Shown here: piece after piece, positions 21,748-33,363 of the stretch
Layout: the number at the start of each line of letters is the position of its first letter
How positions within the stretch are numbered: position 1 is the first letter of the stretch
Origin: TPA_inf: Saccharomyces
Lineage: Eukaryota
Assembly (NCBI GenBank): GCA_000146045.2
Contig: BK006936.2
Span: 448,001 to 512,000 of the forward strand
DNA length: 64,000 nt
Reading direction: 5' to 3'
Notes under the pieces: model-generated
The model's database searches: none
Seen by the model: the letters and a program-made list of their open reading frames with translations, nothing else
Told to the model about the DNA's origin: nothing
Translations under genes and position numbers: made by a program

Positions 21748-24700
21748 TTAAGCTGCTGCGGAGCTTCCACGAGCACCAGCACCTGAAGCAACTAGACTTA
21801 TTTGCGCTTGAGTTAGTTCTATACTTGGCAGTGGAAGTTTGTCATTATGAGTTGGTGGAGGTAAAAATCCAACCTTGTTTAAAAATGCAATATATATACC
21901 AACCTCTTCTGGAGTAACACCTATTCCATTAGACCAATCAACACCTGTCCATGCGGTGTCTTTCTTTAAAGATGCCACGGCGTTCCTATCGTCTAGTTCC
22001 GGAGCTTTGGTACTTTCAGGTAAGTTGTCTAAGACCATGTGTAGCAAAGGATACAACGCATTTTCTTCATTCCTGTCAATAACAGACGCCTCCAATGATT
22101 TCTTCCATTTAGAATAGCTTTCGATTTCGACATCGTAACCATAATCGTGTAAAGTATACAAGTAGTCTTTGAATAATATTCTTGGGTGACCCGTTACTTG
22201 AGCAACGGCCAATTCATTTTCTTTGGGAGGATTCAAAGACGTAGCAACAACAACACGAGCAACATGATCTACTGGAACCATATTCACGGAATTTTCGATA
22301 TCTGGAATCTTACCTAATTGGACTGAACCTTTCAAAAATCTCAATAAGAAATCATCTGTGTTTGAAGAACCATTGGCAGAGGCACCTGTTACGTAACCTG
22401 GTCTGACAATACACCCACGTAGGCCCCTTTCACCTGCACGTCTAATGATGTACTCAGCAGCCCATTTGGACTGACCATATCCACCAGTGAGCCCGCTTGC
22501 AGAGTTCATTAAATCGTCTGATTCTAAAATGCCTGGCTTCCCTTCGCTAACAAGTTTATCTGACAAATTAAAGTAGTATTCAGTGTCAAGAGTAGAAGTG
22601 GAGGAAACAAAGTCAAAGAACTTTGGCTTGCCGACGGCGGCTAAGCTCATAACATTGATAGTTGAAATAACATTTGGATCCCTCAATTTGGCATATGGAT
22701 AAACCCAGTGAACTAACGCACCATTATGGATAATTATATCAACTGTGTTTGCCAAATCCATCCACTTCTCATCTGAAAGACCAAATTGGCTTTTAGATAA
22801 ATCGCCTAATACAACTTTAATATTTGAGGCAAATTTTTCGTTCCAAGTACCATAGGTGATACCTGCCTTTTGTAATCTTGCAAATGCAGCTTCTTCATCC
22901 TTGGCCCTGACGTGGGCAAACACTTTGAAACTGTAGTTCTTTGGAGAACGTCCTAACAAATCTGCAAGGATGTAGGAGCCCAGAAATCCTGTGACACCGG
23001 TAACAAACACATTAATTGTTGTTTTTCCTTCGGCACTATTAGGTTCAACAAAATATTCTCGAGAGGGGTACGAACTTGGTAGCGTCTCAACCAATTTCTT
23101 GGCGTCTTCCGCATAATTTGCAGTGACATTTTCGACGACCTCACCTTGAGATGATCCACCCGATGATTTAATTCTGTCAATTTCCGCGGCAAAGGCCTTT
23201 ATCGTTGGATACTTGAAAATTGTGCCCAATGGTAAATCAACTTGCAGCTTTTTCTTTAAGGTAAAAATCATTTTGGTAGCCAAGATAGAATGACCACCTA
23301 AATCGAAAAACGAATCATCTGGTGATACAGATGCTGGCTTGGTAGGTAATATACTTAACCATAAGTCTCTAACCTCGCGCTCAACATTGGTAAACTGAGA
23401 GTCGTCAGTTTCAGAAACTGTATTTTCAGCTACCAAATTTAATTGCTTGGGAGTTGGGAATTGAAGTTTAGGCTTATCAACTTTACCATTTGGATTCAAT
23501 GGTAGTTTATCCATAACCACAATCAAGGAAGGCATAGCATAGCTAGCCAATCTTTTCTTTAAGAAAGTCCTGATGTCCTTGGATAAAAGATGGTAACCGA
23601 TTAAGCCCTTAACTATAGGGTCAGTTTCAACCTCCTTTGGAACATCACTTTGGAACTTAGACAAGTCATCTGGCTTGTCAAATCTTGGGACCATAAATGT
23701 GATCAATGTTGGCTCATTGTCGGCATTTTTGCGAACTAAAGTAATGTTTTCTCTTACCAATGGATGTTGGGAAATGTGCGTATCTATTTCTCCTAATTCG
23801 ATTCTGAACCCACGAATTTTAACTTGATCATCAGCCCTACCGCAACATTCACAGTCACCGTTTGGTAGATAACGACCTAAATCACCCGTTCTGTACAATC
23901 TATCTCTTGGACCTAACCAGAATTGTCTCCAAGGTTCACCATTATCCTTATCCAAATAATTCCAGTGATCTTTTTCAACAAACCAGTTGTTCACAAATTT
24001 TTCTTTATTCAATTCTGGTAATCCTCTATAACCTTCGGCCAAACCACCTGCACGAACATAAATCTCACCTATTTCGCCAATACCACATATTTGAGTACGA
24101 TCGTTCCTGTTAACAACTAGTAGCTGAACGTTCAACATACCTTTACCAGCAGGCATGACATCTTTCAATTTTTTCAAAAAGTTTGGATCGTCATTTTTTG
24201 ATTTAACTTCGAAATAAGAAACTGCACGCTGTGTTTCAGTGGTACCGTACATATTAACAATACGGCAATTTTCTGCCAAGGTTTGTAACCTCAGACAATC
24301 ACGTTTTGTTAAAATGTCACCCACAAAGAACGCATGATGTAACTTAGGGAATGGTGTAGTAGCTTGGGCAGTAAGTAATTGACCCATGGCAGGTGTTAAA
24401 TGGGTAACTGTGCAACCATACTTACTCATCCATTCCGCTAAACGGCCCGGTGTACCAATATCATCTTGAGTAGGGACATACAATTGGGCACCTAAAAATA
24501 ATGGTGTAAACATATCTCTTTGAATTGGATCATGTGCAATACCGCTCAGCATTGTGAATTTATCATTTTCTGTTAAGTTGAACCTTTTGGACATCCAATT
24601 GAAATAATAAGCCAAGGAAAAATGTCTACCAAGAACACCCTTAGGAATACCTTCGGAACCAGATGTGAAAGATAGGGTTGGGTTGGAATCTGGTCCAACT

Positions 24701-25926
24701 ACAACACCTGTTCTGGTGTCTTTGTAGTGATCATATGGAGCCAAAACATCCTCGCCATTGTCCAATTTGCCACCTTCAATGGTACCATTTTCTTGAATAG
24801 CGATGGAATTGATTCTTGAAACAATCTCCAATTCATCATTGATGTAATCTTCTACTAGTTGATCCAATTGTCCAGCAGCTCTAATAACAATCAACCCACG
24901 TGGTTTAGCAACACCTAAGTAAATGGTTTGTCTGGCTGGGGGATATGCAGGGTCGATAACTGAAAAGGTTGCGCCGGCTTTCAAGACACCCATCACACAT
25001 ACCATCAAATCCACACCCCTAGAAGAATAGATCATCACTACATCACCTCTTTTGATACCTGTTTTAATCAAATAATGGGCAACTATGTTAGAAGTGCGGT
25101 TGATGTCGCGATAAGTGAAAGAACGGGACTTGTCGGAATTTAGTGTTGGAGTCTCCACAACACAGGTTCTCTCTGGGAAGGCTTCAGCATTGTCCTGGAA
25201 AATGTCGTGAATACACCCCACGAAATCGCACCAGCCCAAGTTCTTAGTTGGATCAGGTAAACTATCCTTGGATGATGCGGTGATCAGAGAGATTTTAGTT
25301 ATGCAATTGGATGGATCGCTTAGCGCAGCAGTCAAATATTGAGTAAATTGGTCCGCAACAATGGTTACTCTTTCATTCGAATACAGTAAGCTGTTATAAA
25401 TTAAGTTCAAAACATGCGCATTATTACTGGTATCCAAATTCAAAGCAAAGTCCACTAAATGATGCTTGAACTCGTCTAATTTGAAATCTTGGTTTTCCAA
25501 AAAGGCCAAACGGAACAACTGAGGGGTCCTTTCCAGATCTTGGCAACTTTGAATTTTTTCAGCTAGCTCGTCAAAGGAAAAATTGGCCTCAATAGAATTG
25601 AGCTTGTTCAACTCATTGTTAATTGTAGAATACAGCTCATTAAATGACCACGTTGGTTGAATATTGAATCTTAAGATTTTGTTATTCGCAATATAAAGAA
25701 CAATATCATCGTCACCGGTTACTCTATATATCAATGCAGCCCATACACTCAAAGCGACAGCGTATTTGTTAGAAAAACTATCATGAGGCACATCGAGCTG
25801 AGGTAGCTGTAACGAATATGTAGCTTGTTTCGTATAAGGTTCTTGTTGTGGGCGTAAAAAGTCATGTGGTAACACTGAAAGAGTTGGATTATCCAACTTC
25901 TCTATCCAGACCTTTTCGTTAGTCAT
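21748..25926 (-). CDS. LYS2: LYS2 (YBR115C), 1392 aa. Alpha-aminoadipate reductase with adenylation, PCP and reductase domains.
   Basis: AMP-binding core motifs, a phosphopantetheine attachment site FFDLGGHSILA, and a C-terminal NAD(P)-binding reductase region GVTGFLG. The length 1392 aa matches. Confidence 0.95.
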   Translation of the reverse strand: MTNEKVWIEKLDNPTLSVLPHDFLRPQQEPYTKQATYSLQLPQLDVPHDSFSNKYAVALSVWAALIYRVTGDDDIVLYIANNKILRFNIQPTWSFNELYSTINNELNKLNSIEANFSFDELAEKIQSCQDLERTPQLFRLAFLENQDFKLDEFKHHLVDFALNLDTSNNAHVLNLIYNSLLYSNERVTIVADQFTQYLTAALSDPSNCITKISLITASSKDSLPDPTKNLGWCDFVGCIHDIFQDNAEAFPERTCVVETPTLNSDKSRSFTYRDINRTSNIVAHYLIKTGIKRGDVVMIYSSRGVDLMVCVMGVLKAGATFSVIDPAYPPARQTIYLGVAKPRGLIVIRAAGQLDQLVEDYINDELEIVSRINSIAIQENGTIEGGKLDNGEDVLAPYDHYKDTRTGVVVGPDSNPTLSFTSGSEGIPKGVLGRHFSLAYYFNWMSKRFNLTENDKFTMLSGIAHDPIQRDMFTPLFLGAQLYVPTQDDIGTPGRLAEWMSKYGCTVTHLTPAMGQLLTAQATTPFPKLHHAFFVGDILTKRDCLRLQTLAENCRIVNMYGTTETQRAVSYFEVKSKNDDPNFLKKLKDVMPAGKGMLNVQLLVVNRNDRTQICGIGEIGEIYVRAGGLAEGYRGLPELNKEKFVNNWFVEKDHWNYLDKDNGEPWRQFWLGPRDRLYRTGDLGRYLPNGDCECCGRADDQVKIRGFRIELGEIDTHISQHPLVRENITLVRKNADNEPTLITFMVPRFDKPDDLSKFQSDVPKEVETDPIVKGLIGYHLLSKDIRTFLKKRLASYAMPSLIVVMDKLPLNPNGKVDKPKLQFPTPKQLNLVAENTVSETDDSQFTNVEREVRDLWLSILPTKPASVSPDDSFFDLGGHSILATKMIFTLKKKLQVDLPLGTIFKYPTIKAFAAEIDRIKSSGGSSQGEVVENVTANYAEDAKKLVETLPSSYPSREYFVEPNSAEGKTTINVFVTGVTGFLGSYILADLLGRSPKNYSFKVFAHVRAKDEEAAFARLQKAGITYGTWNEKFASNIKVVLGDLSKSQFGLSDEKWMDLANTVDIIIHNGALVHWVYPYAKLRDPNVISTINVMSLAAVGKPKFFDFVSSTSTLDTEYYFNLSDKLVSEGKPGILESDDLMNSASGLTGGYGQSKWAAEYIIRRAGERGLRGCIVRPGYVTGASANGSSNTDDFLLRFLKGSVQLGKIPDIENSVNMVPVDHVARVVVATSLNPPKENELAVAQVTGHPRILFKDYLYTLHDYGYDVEIESYSKWKKSLEASVIDRNEENALYPLLHMVLDNLPESTKAPELDDRNAVASLKKDTAWTGVDWSNGIGVTPEEVGIYIAFLNKVGFLPPPTHNDKLPLPSIELTQAQISLVASGAGARGSSAAA

Positions 25927-26113
25927 TAGTGAGTAACTCTGTGATATCTCTCTATAATTAGCAGTTTTTCACTGAAATTCCAGGAAAGGTAATAAACTCA
26001 GATTTTTTTTTATACTATTGGCTGCTTGTTACTTATATATCTTGAACTTCTCCCAGCGGGTCTTCAAATACATTTGGGCGATGTTCATGTTCATTAGGCA
26101 GGTATTTCGACAT

Positions 26114-26120
26114 TGAGTCA
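26114..26120. promoter_or_regulatory. Gcn4/AP-1 consensus TGAGTCA about 190 bp upstream of the LYS2 ATG.
   Basis: An exact palindromic GCRE heptamer. LYS2 is known to be under general amino-acid control. Confidence 0.55.
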
Positions 26121-26391
26121 CACGCGAAAAACCGCCGGAATTTTTTATGTAATTGCAAGTGGAATTCCGCTGGCAAAACTATTGAAGAGTTTTCCTCGCT
26201 AAAACTGTGCGATGCCTCTAGAAGCGGTCAGCAAGAAGAAAATCGAATAATCAGTTTCAATGAATATAGACGTAACAAAGGCACAAAAAAGAAAACAAGT
26301 ACATATGTCATACATATATATATATTTCAGGCAGCAAGTGACCATCAACCAGGAAGTGTGAAATAGCAAAGAACTGTTTACTTCTTCAGAC

Positions 26392-28437
26392 TTAGAAAGC
26401 TCTTCCCATAGGAGAAAGCAACTGCTTTCCTTTGTAGTAATTGATTGTCTTTTCAGCCCTTGACGCAACACCGTCCGCTGTGAAATCGAACAATTTGTAA
26501 ATTTCAGGCCCCTTGCCTGAACGACCAAATTCGTCGAGTCCGAACGATTGATGAGCATACTTACCCCAGCTTGAAGTAGCCAATACTTCAAAGGACATGA
26601 TCGGAACACCGTCTGGTAGAACAGAGAATCTGTATTCTTCACTTTGCCTGTCAAAAGTATAAAAGTCTGGCAGGGAAACAACTCTTGCTTTGATTTTTTT
26701 AGTATCGTACAATTTTTTGGCTGCATCTATAGAAATGGAGACTTCTGATCCTGTTGACACCAGGATAATATCAGGATTCTCCACGTCATGGATCACATAG
26801 CCACCCTTCAAGGCTTTTTCAAAAGAGGAATGCTCCAATTGAGGAAGATTCTGTCGTGATAAAGCCACAACAGATGGTGTTCGACCAGATTTGATAGCAG
26901 AATAATACGCAGCAGAAGTTTCGTTACCATCAGCAGGTCTCCATACATGCATGTTTGGAATAGCCCTCAAGTGAGCCAGAGTTTCAATAGGTTGGTGCGT
27001 TGGACCATCCTCACCAAGCCCGATAGAGTCATGTGTTGCAACCCAAATGACTGGATTACCAGACAAGGCGGCTAACCTAACGGCTCCTGCAGCATAAGAG
27101 ACGAAGTTCAAAAAGGTACCACCGTAAGGCTTGTAGTTTGCACCAAAGGCAGAGATACCGTTCATAATGGCACCCATTCCGTGTTCCCTCACACCGTATC
27201 TAATGTACCTTCCTGCATAGTTACCTAGTTGGGTAATGGGAGGTTGGAAATCTACCGCGCCTTCCCACCTTGTCAGATTCGAAGGTGTCAAATCGGCAGA
27301 ACCACCGATCAATTCAGGCAAAACTTGGACCATGTTCGTCAGCACCTGCTGGGATGTCTTTCTTGTTGCCAGAGCATCGTCGTCCGGAGTAAACTTCGGT
27401 AAATGCTTTTCCCAACCTTCCGGTAACTCACCATTCAATCTTCTTTGCAATTCTTTACCCTTCTCGGGAAATTTGGTTTTGTATTCTTCAAACATCCTAT
27501 CCCATTCCTCATTAAGTTTTTGACCGGGTTCCACAACAGTCTTCTTATAATAATCGTACACCTCTTGAGGTACTACAAATGATTTATTTGGGTCAAACCC
27601 CCACCTCTTCTTCAACTGTTTAACATCATCTGCCTTCAAAGCGGACCCATGAACACCAGCAGTACCCTGTTGTAGGGACCCAAATCCAATTGTAGTAGTT
27701 ACCTTGATTATGGTTGGCTTGTCCTTCGATAGTTTTGCCTTTTCCAAAGCGCTAGAAATGGATTCCATATCGTCGTCTCCTTTATCGACTTCCATGACTT
27801 CCCAACCATATGCCTCGTATCGCTTCAAAACATCTTCGTCGAACGAGTACGAGGTTTTACCGTCAATGGAAATGCTATTACTGTCATAAAACGTAATCAA
27901 GTTACCCAATTGCAGATGTCCCGCTAAGGAAGAGGTCTCCGAAGAAACACCCTCTTGTAAGCAACCATCCCCTACAATAGCAAACGTATATGAGTCGGAA
28001 ATGGGAAAGCCATCCTCGTTATAAGTGGCGGCAAAGTTGGCCTGCGCTATTGCCATACCAACAGCATTTGAGATACCCTGGCCTAGCGGACCGGAAGTGA
28101 TTTCCACTCCCGCTGAGTGGAATTCTGGATGACCCGGTGTCCTTGAGTTTACTTGTCTAAATTGTCTCAAGTCCTCGATAGAGTAATCGTATCCTAATAG
28201 ATGGAGCATTGAGTACAGAAGAGCGCATGAGTGACCGTTCGACAGAACAAACCTGTCTCTATTGATCCAATGTTCATTGTTAGGGTTACAGCGCAGTTGC
28301 TTGAAAATTACATGGGCAACTGGTGCCAATCCTAGTGGTGCACCTGGGTGGCCAGATTGTGCGCTTTCCACCTGGTCAACGGAAAGTAATCTTAAAGTGG
28401 AAACCGCAAGTTTATCAATGTCGGAGAACTGTGCCAT
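26392..28437 (-). CDS. TKL2: TKL2 (YBR117C), transketolase, 681 aa.
   Basis: Transketolase TPP-binding signatures (GHPG...GPLGQG, GDGCLQEG). It sits next to LYS2 and TEF2, which identifies it as TKL2 and not TKL1. Confidence 0.9.
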   Translation of the reverse strand: MAQFSDIDKLAVSTLRLLSVDQVESAQSGHPGAPLGLAPVAHVIFKQLRCNPNNEHWINRDRFVLSNGHSCALLYSMLHLLGYDYSIEDLRQFRQVNSRTPGHPEFHSAGVEITSGPLGQGISNAVGMAIAQANFAATYNEDGFPISDSYTFAIVGDGCLQEGVSSETSSLAGHLQLGNLITFYDSNSISIDGKTSYSFDEDVLKRYEAYGWEVMEVDKGDDDMESISSALEKAKLSKDKPTIIKVTTTIGFGSLQQGTAGVHGSALKADDVKQLKKRWGFDPNKSFVVPQEVYDYYKKTVVEPGQKLNEEWDRMFEEYKTKFPEKGKELQRRLNGELPEGWEKHLPKFTPDDDALATRKTSQQVLTNMVQVLPELIGGSADLTPSNLTRWEGAVDFQPPITQLGNYAGRYIRYGVREHGMGAIMNGISAFGANYKPYGGTFLNFVSYAAGAVRLAALSGNPVIWVATHDSIGLGEDGPTHQPIETLAHLRAIPNMHVWRPADGNETSAAYYSAIKSGRTPSVVALSRQNLPQLEHSSFEKALKGGYVIHDVENPDIILVSTGSEVSISIDAAKKLYDTKKIKARVVSLPDFYTFDRQSEEYRFSVLPDGVPIMSFEVLATSSWGKYAHQSFGLDEFGRSGKGPEIYKLFDFTADGVASRAEKTINYYKGKQLLSPMGRAF

Positions 28438-29089
28438 TTTTTTGTTCTTTTTTTGATTAGTAAGGTATAATCGTCTACGTAGAGGTTACAAATCGAAGAC
28501 TACAGTAAGAGGGGACAAGCCAATTGAATATACGACTGAAATAAATGGAATAATTCTGCATTATTACACTCGTTTATATATCCAAACAGGTGATCTGGTA
28601 TTCTCTTGACAACGAATGAAGCTCCCTATATTCGACACTCCTTATTCAGGACTCCTCCCAACAAGGAGAAGTAGGTGTTCCTTGAGCTACCCTTTAAAGC
28701 TGGGGAGATGAGCTTGCCCTTCCTGTCATCGCCATTATGACGAGAAAAGTAAAACATGTAGAATAAGGTCCACCCAAACATGTCCGAGCAATGACGTTAT
28801 ATATCGTGTTCCCTGTTCAAAGCATGGCATATGTGCCATTAAAGGCGAATTTTTGTCCCTAGCAAAGGAGAGACAGCGAGCCACCATTAAGAAGTGACTT
28901 GAAAGCAAGCGAAAATAGCTACACATATATATCAATATATTGACCTATAAACCCAAAATGTGAAAGAAATTTGATAGGTCAAGATCAATGTAAACAATTA
29001 CTTTGTTATGTAGAGTTTTTTTAGCTACCTATATTCCACCATAACATCAATCATGCGGTTGCTGGTGTATTTACCAATAATGTTTAATG

Positions 29090-29110
29090 TATATATATAT
29101 ATATATATAT
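29090..29110. repeat. (TA)n microsatellite of about 10 units in the TKL2-TEF2 intergenic region.
   Basis: A tatatatatatatatatatat run was seen directly. Confidence 0.95.
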
Positions 29111-29233
29111 GGGGCCGTATACTTACATATAGTAGATGTCAAGCGTAGGCGCTTCCCCTGCCGGCTGTGAGGGCGCCATAACCAAGGTATCTATAGACCG
29201 CCAATCAGCAAACTACCTCCGTACATTCATGTT

Positions 29234-29259
29234 GCACCCACACATTTATACACCCAGAC
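29234..29259 (+). promoter_or_regulatory. Rap1-binding site (UAS_rpg) GCACCCACACATTT, with an adjacent ACACCCAGAC half-site, about 430 bp upstream of TEF2.
   Basis: The sequence matches the Rap1 consensus ACACCCRYACAYM. The TEF promoters are known Rap1 targets. Confidence 0.7.
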
Positions 29260-29670
29260 CGCGACAAATTACCCATAAGGTTGTTTGTGACGGCGTCGTA
29301 CAAGAGAACGTGGGAACTTTTTAGGCTCACCAAAAAAGAAAGAAAAAATACGAGTTGCTGACAGAAGCCTCAAGAAAAAAAAAATTCTTCTTCGACTATG
29401 CTGGAGGCAGAGATGATCGAGCCGGTAGTTAACTATATATAGCTAAATTGGTTCCATCACCTTCTTTTCTGGTGTCGCTCCTTCTAGTGCTATTTCTGGC
29501 TTTTCCTATTTTTTTTTTTCCATTTTTCTTTCTCTCTTTCTAATATATAAATTCTCTTGCATTTTCTATTTTTCTCTCTATCTATTCTACTTGTTTATTC
29601 CCTTCAAGGTTTTTTTTTAAGGAGTACTTGTTTTTAGAATATACGGTCAACGAACTATAATTAACTAAAC

Positions 29671-31047
29671 ATGGGTAAAGAGAAGTCTCACATTAACGTT
29701 GTCGTTATCGGTCATGTCGATTCTGGTAAGTCTACCACTACCGGTCATTTGATTTACAAGTGTGGTGGTATTGACAAGAGAACCATCGAAAAGTTCGAAA
29801 AGGAAGCCGCTGAATTAGGTAAGGGTTCTTTCAAGTACGCTTGGGTTTTGGACAAGTTAAAGGCTGAAAGAGAAAGAGGTATCACTATCGATATTGCTTT
29901 GTGGAAGTTCGAAACTCCAAAGTACCAAGTTACCGTTATTGATGCTCCAGGTCACAGAGATTTCATCAAGAACATGATTACTGGTACTTCTCAAGCTGAC
30001 TGTGCTATCTTGATTATTGCTGGTGGTGTCGGTGAATTCGAAGCCGGTATCTCTAAGGATGGTCAAACCAGAGAACACGCTTTGTTGGCTTTCACCTTGG
30101 GTGTTAGACAATTGATTGTTGCTGTCAACAAGATGGACTCCGTCAAATGGGACGAATCCAGATTCCAAGAAATTGTCAAGGAAACCTCCAACTTTATCAA
30201 GAAGGTTGGTTACAACCCAAAGACTGTTCCATTCGTCCCAATCTCTGGTTGGAACGGTGACAACATGATTGAAGCTACCACCAACGCTCCATGGTACAAG
30301 GGTTGGGAAAAGGAAACCAAGGCCGGTGTCGTCAAGGGTAAGACTTTGTTGGAAGCCATTGACGCCATTGAACAACCATCTAGACCAACTGACAAGCCAT
30401 TGAGATTGCCATTGCAAGATGTTTACAAGATCGGTGGTATTGGTACTGTGCCAGTCGGTAGAGTTGAAACCGGTGTCATCAAGCCAGGTATGGTTGTTAC
30501 TTTCGCCCCAGCTGGTGTTACCACTGAAGTCAAGTCCGTTGAAATGCATCACGAACAATTGGAACAAGGTGTTCCAGGTGACAACGTTGGTTTCAACGTC
30601 AAGAACGTTTCCGTTAAGGAAATCAGAAGAGGTAACGTCTGTGGTGACGCTAAGAACGATCCACCAAAGGGTTGCGCTTCTTTCAACGCTACCGTCATTG
30701 TTTTGAACCATCCAGGTCAAATCTCTGCTGGTTACTCTCCAGTTTTGGATTGTCACACTGCTCACATTGCTTGTAGATTCGACGAATTGTTGGAAAAGAA
30801 CGACAGAAGATCTGGTAAGAAGTTGGAAGACCATCCAAAGTTCTTGAAGTCCGGTGACGCTGCTTTGGTCAAGTTCGTTCCATCTAAGCCAATGTGTGTT
30901 GAAGCTTTCAGTGAATACCCACCATTAGGTAGATTCGCTGTCAGAGACATGAGACAAACTGTCGCTGTCGGTGTTATCAAGTCTGTTGACAAGACTGAAA
31001 AGGCCGCTAAGGTTACCAAGGCTGCTCAAAAGGCTGCTAAGAAATAA
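29671..31047 (+). CDS. TEF2: TEF2 (YBR118W), translation elongation factor eEF1A, 458 aa.
   Basis: G-domain motifs [17 protein letters not shown] and NKMD, with strong codon bias. The protein is identical to TEF1, so TEF2 is assigned from flanking TKL2 and MUD1. Confidence 0.9.
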
Positions 31048-31337
31048 GAGTAATAATTATTGCTTCCATATAATATTTTTATATACCTCTTATTTTTATG
31101 TATTAGTTAATTAAGTATTTTTATCTATCTGCTTATCATTTTCTTTTCATATAGGGGGGGTTGGTGTTTTCTTGCCCATCAGATTGATGTCCTCCAACTC
31201 GGCACTATTTTACAAAGGGTTTTTTTGTAAGAGAAGGAGAAGACAGATACTAAACCATACGTTACTCGAAACAAAAAAAAAAAAAATGGAAAAAGCTGCT
31301 ATCAACAAAAGACGGCCTCATCAAACCTAAAGAAACC

Positions 31338-32323
31338 ATGTCAGCGTATGTATATACCTTGTAATTTACGTTTCCTTAAATCTTCTTTCTACTAACGTTT
31401 TCATTATTCTATACTCTATGACCAATAAAAACAGACTGTACTTTCAAAATTTACCCAGTAGGCCAGCAAATAAAGAAAATTATACCAGATTACTTCTGAA
31501 ACACATTAATCCCAACAACAAGTATGCCATTAATCCGTCGCTACCCCTTCCCCACAATAAATTACAAATATCATCACAACCGCTGATGTTACTAGATGAT
31601 CAAATGGGCCTTCTTGAAGTTTCTATTTCAAGATCATCAAAGATGACTAACCAAGCATTTTTAACGTTTGTCACTCAAGAAGAAGCAGACCGGTTTCTAG
31701 AAAAATACACGACAACAGCATTAAAAGTTCAAGGTCGTAAAGTGAGAATGGGAAAGGCTCGAACAAATTCGTTATTGGGTCTTTCAATAGAAATGCAAAA
31801 AAAAAAAGGTAATGACGAAACGTACAACCTTGATATAAAGAAGGTGCTTAAAGCAAGGAAACTTAAACGCAAGTTACGTAGTGATGATATATGCGCCAAA
31901 AAGTTCAGGCTTAAAAGGCAAATAAGACGCCTGAAGCATAAGCTGAGATCAAGAAAGGTAGAGGAGGCTGAGATTGATAGGATTGTAAAAGAATTTGAAA
32001 CCCGTAGATTGGAAAACATGAAGTCTCAGCAAGAAAATCTAAAACAATCGCAGAAACCTCTTAAGCGGGCTAAAGTGTCCAATACAATGGAAAATCCACC
32101 GAACAAAGTCCTTCTTATACAAAATTTGCCAAGCGGCACTACCGAGCAATTATTGTCGCAAATACTTGGCAATGAGGCTTTAGTTGAAATCAGATTAGTT
32201 AGCGTTCGTAACCTAGCTTTCGTGGAATACGAGACCGTTGCTGATGCTACGAAAATCAAGAATCAGTTAGGCTCCACTTACAAGCTACAAAACAATGACG
32301 TTACCATAGGATTTGCTAAGTAG
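31338..32323 (+). CDS. MUD1: MUD1 (YBR119W), U1 snRNP protein A, 298 aa. The gene is spliced, with exon 1 at 31338..31345 and exon 2 at 31435..32323.
   Basis: Exon 1 is ATGTCAGC with 5'SS GTATGT at 31346. The branch point TACTAAC is at 31390-31396 and the 3'SS CAG at 31432-31434. The spliced product begins MSALYFQNLPSRPANKENYT, and RRM-like sequences sit at both ends. Confidence 0.88.
31346..31434 (+). other. MUD1: MUD1 intron, 89 nt.
   Basis: GTATGT, TACTAAC and CAG signals are present, and the frame is restored across the junction. Confidence 0.88.
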
Positions 32324-32434
32324 AATTTCCTTTGCGGAAGTATACCTCGAGTAAAGAAATTCACAGATAAATTTGAATAACGTTCTCCATTATGAATAAA
32401 TATGTATTTACAAGCTTAGAAAATAATGTGCTCT

Positions 32435-32923
32435 TTATTTACCAAATAATACAGTTCTCATTGCAGTAAATAAGCTTTCCTTTTTCTTACCGTCAACGGC
32501 ATTTATTAACCGTTGATAATATTGGGGATTTCCTGCAGGTTTATAGAGCTTATCGCCAATATCGTAATAGTTTCTGAATTTATTATTCATTATAGTGCTC
32601 AAGGCACGAATTTGCTCGTTGATGCTTTCTTCCGTGAATTTCTCATCTACCATTTTATTTTGAATTTTGGTTAACATCTCCTTATTCAGTCCTAATGGAC
32701 CGGAAGTTCTGTTAATTATACTTTTTATTTCATCTAATGAGGGTTTTTTCTCTTTTATAGATTTTCCTTTGTCATCTACATTTGGCAGACCCGCTACACG
32801 TCTAAATCTTGCTATTTGTACATCCCTGAATGAGACCAAGTGGTGTATACGATCCTTTGGATATTTTTCCAGTAAATTAACTAATTTTTTGGCAGAATCC
32901 CTGACGACCTGGGAAGAAGACAT
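32435..32923 (-). CDS. CBP6: CBP6 (YBR120C), 162 aa. Mitochondrial factor for cytochrome b translation and assembly.
   Basis: A 162-aa ORF at the expected position between MUD1 and GRS1. Confidence 0.85.
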   Translation of the reverse strand: MSSSQVVRDSAKKLVNLLEKYPKDRIHHLVSFRDVQIARFRRVAGLPNVDDKGKSIKEKKPSLDEIKSIINRTSGPLGLNKEMLTKIQNKMVDEKFTEESINEQIRALSTIMNNKFRNYYDIGDKLYKPAGNPQYYQRLINAVDGKKKESLFTAMRTVLFGK

Positions 32924-33363
32924 TTTGGCACTTGCTTGTGGAATACGGAGTTTAACTTGGTAAGCTGATAGAGAGAATGTTTCAATGAAGGCTACCTTTT
33001 TTTCTTATAATGTTGCTACCACAGGAAATCTTGATATACGTTAATGTTTTGGCCCCTACAAGGCCGGAAATATTTCGCTTTTTCTTGATATCAGAATTTT
33101 TCGCATGTCCGACCATGCGCAGAGCTGCTATGAAAGTACTTTAACTATTAGTGTGAGGAATGGCTAAATAAACAGCAGATGTGATTTCCGCACTTCTTTT
33201 ATAAACTTCCAAAATAATCGTATTAGTGGACAGTACATAATCATATCTTGCAATACGTATCAATAGTAAACGAATTATTTATTCATACACACATGTATAT
33301 ACTTCTCGCTTCTTTTTTTAATTTACATGTTTGGCGATATATAGTTAAAATTAAGTCATTTAT

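Noticed and set aside
26199-26726. A 175-aa ORF overlapping the 3' end of TKL2, corresponding to dubious YBR116C.
   Set aside because: It overlaps the conserved transketolase C-terminal domain in another frame and has no recognisable domain.
29857-30834. A 325-aa ORF antisense to TEF2, plus shorter ones at 30210..30395 and 30762..31019.
   Set aside because: It lies entirely inside the extremely codon-biased TEF2 CDS. Strong codon bias depletes stop codons on the opposite strand. The predicted protein is low-complexity (S/T/N/V-rich) and not protein-like.
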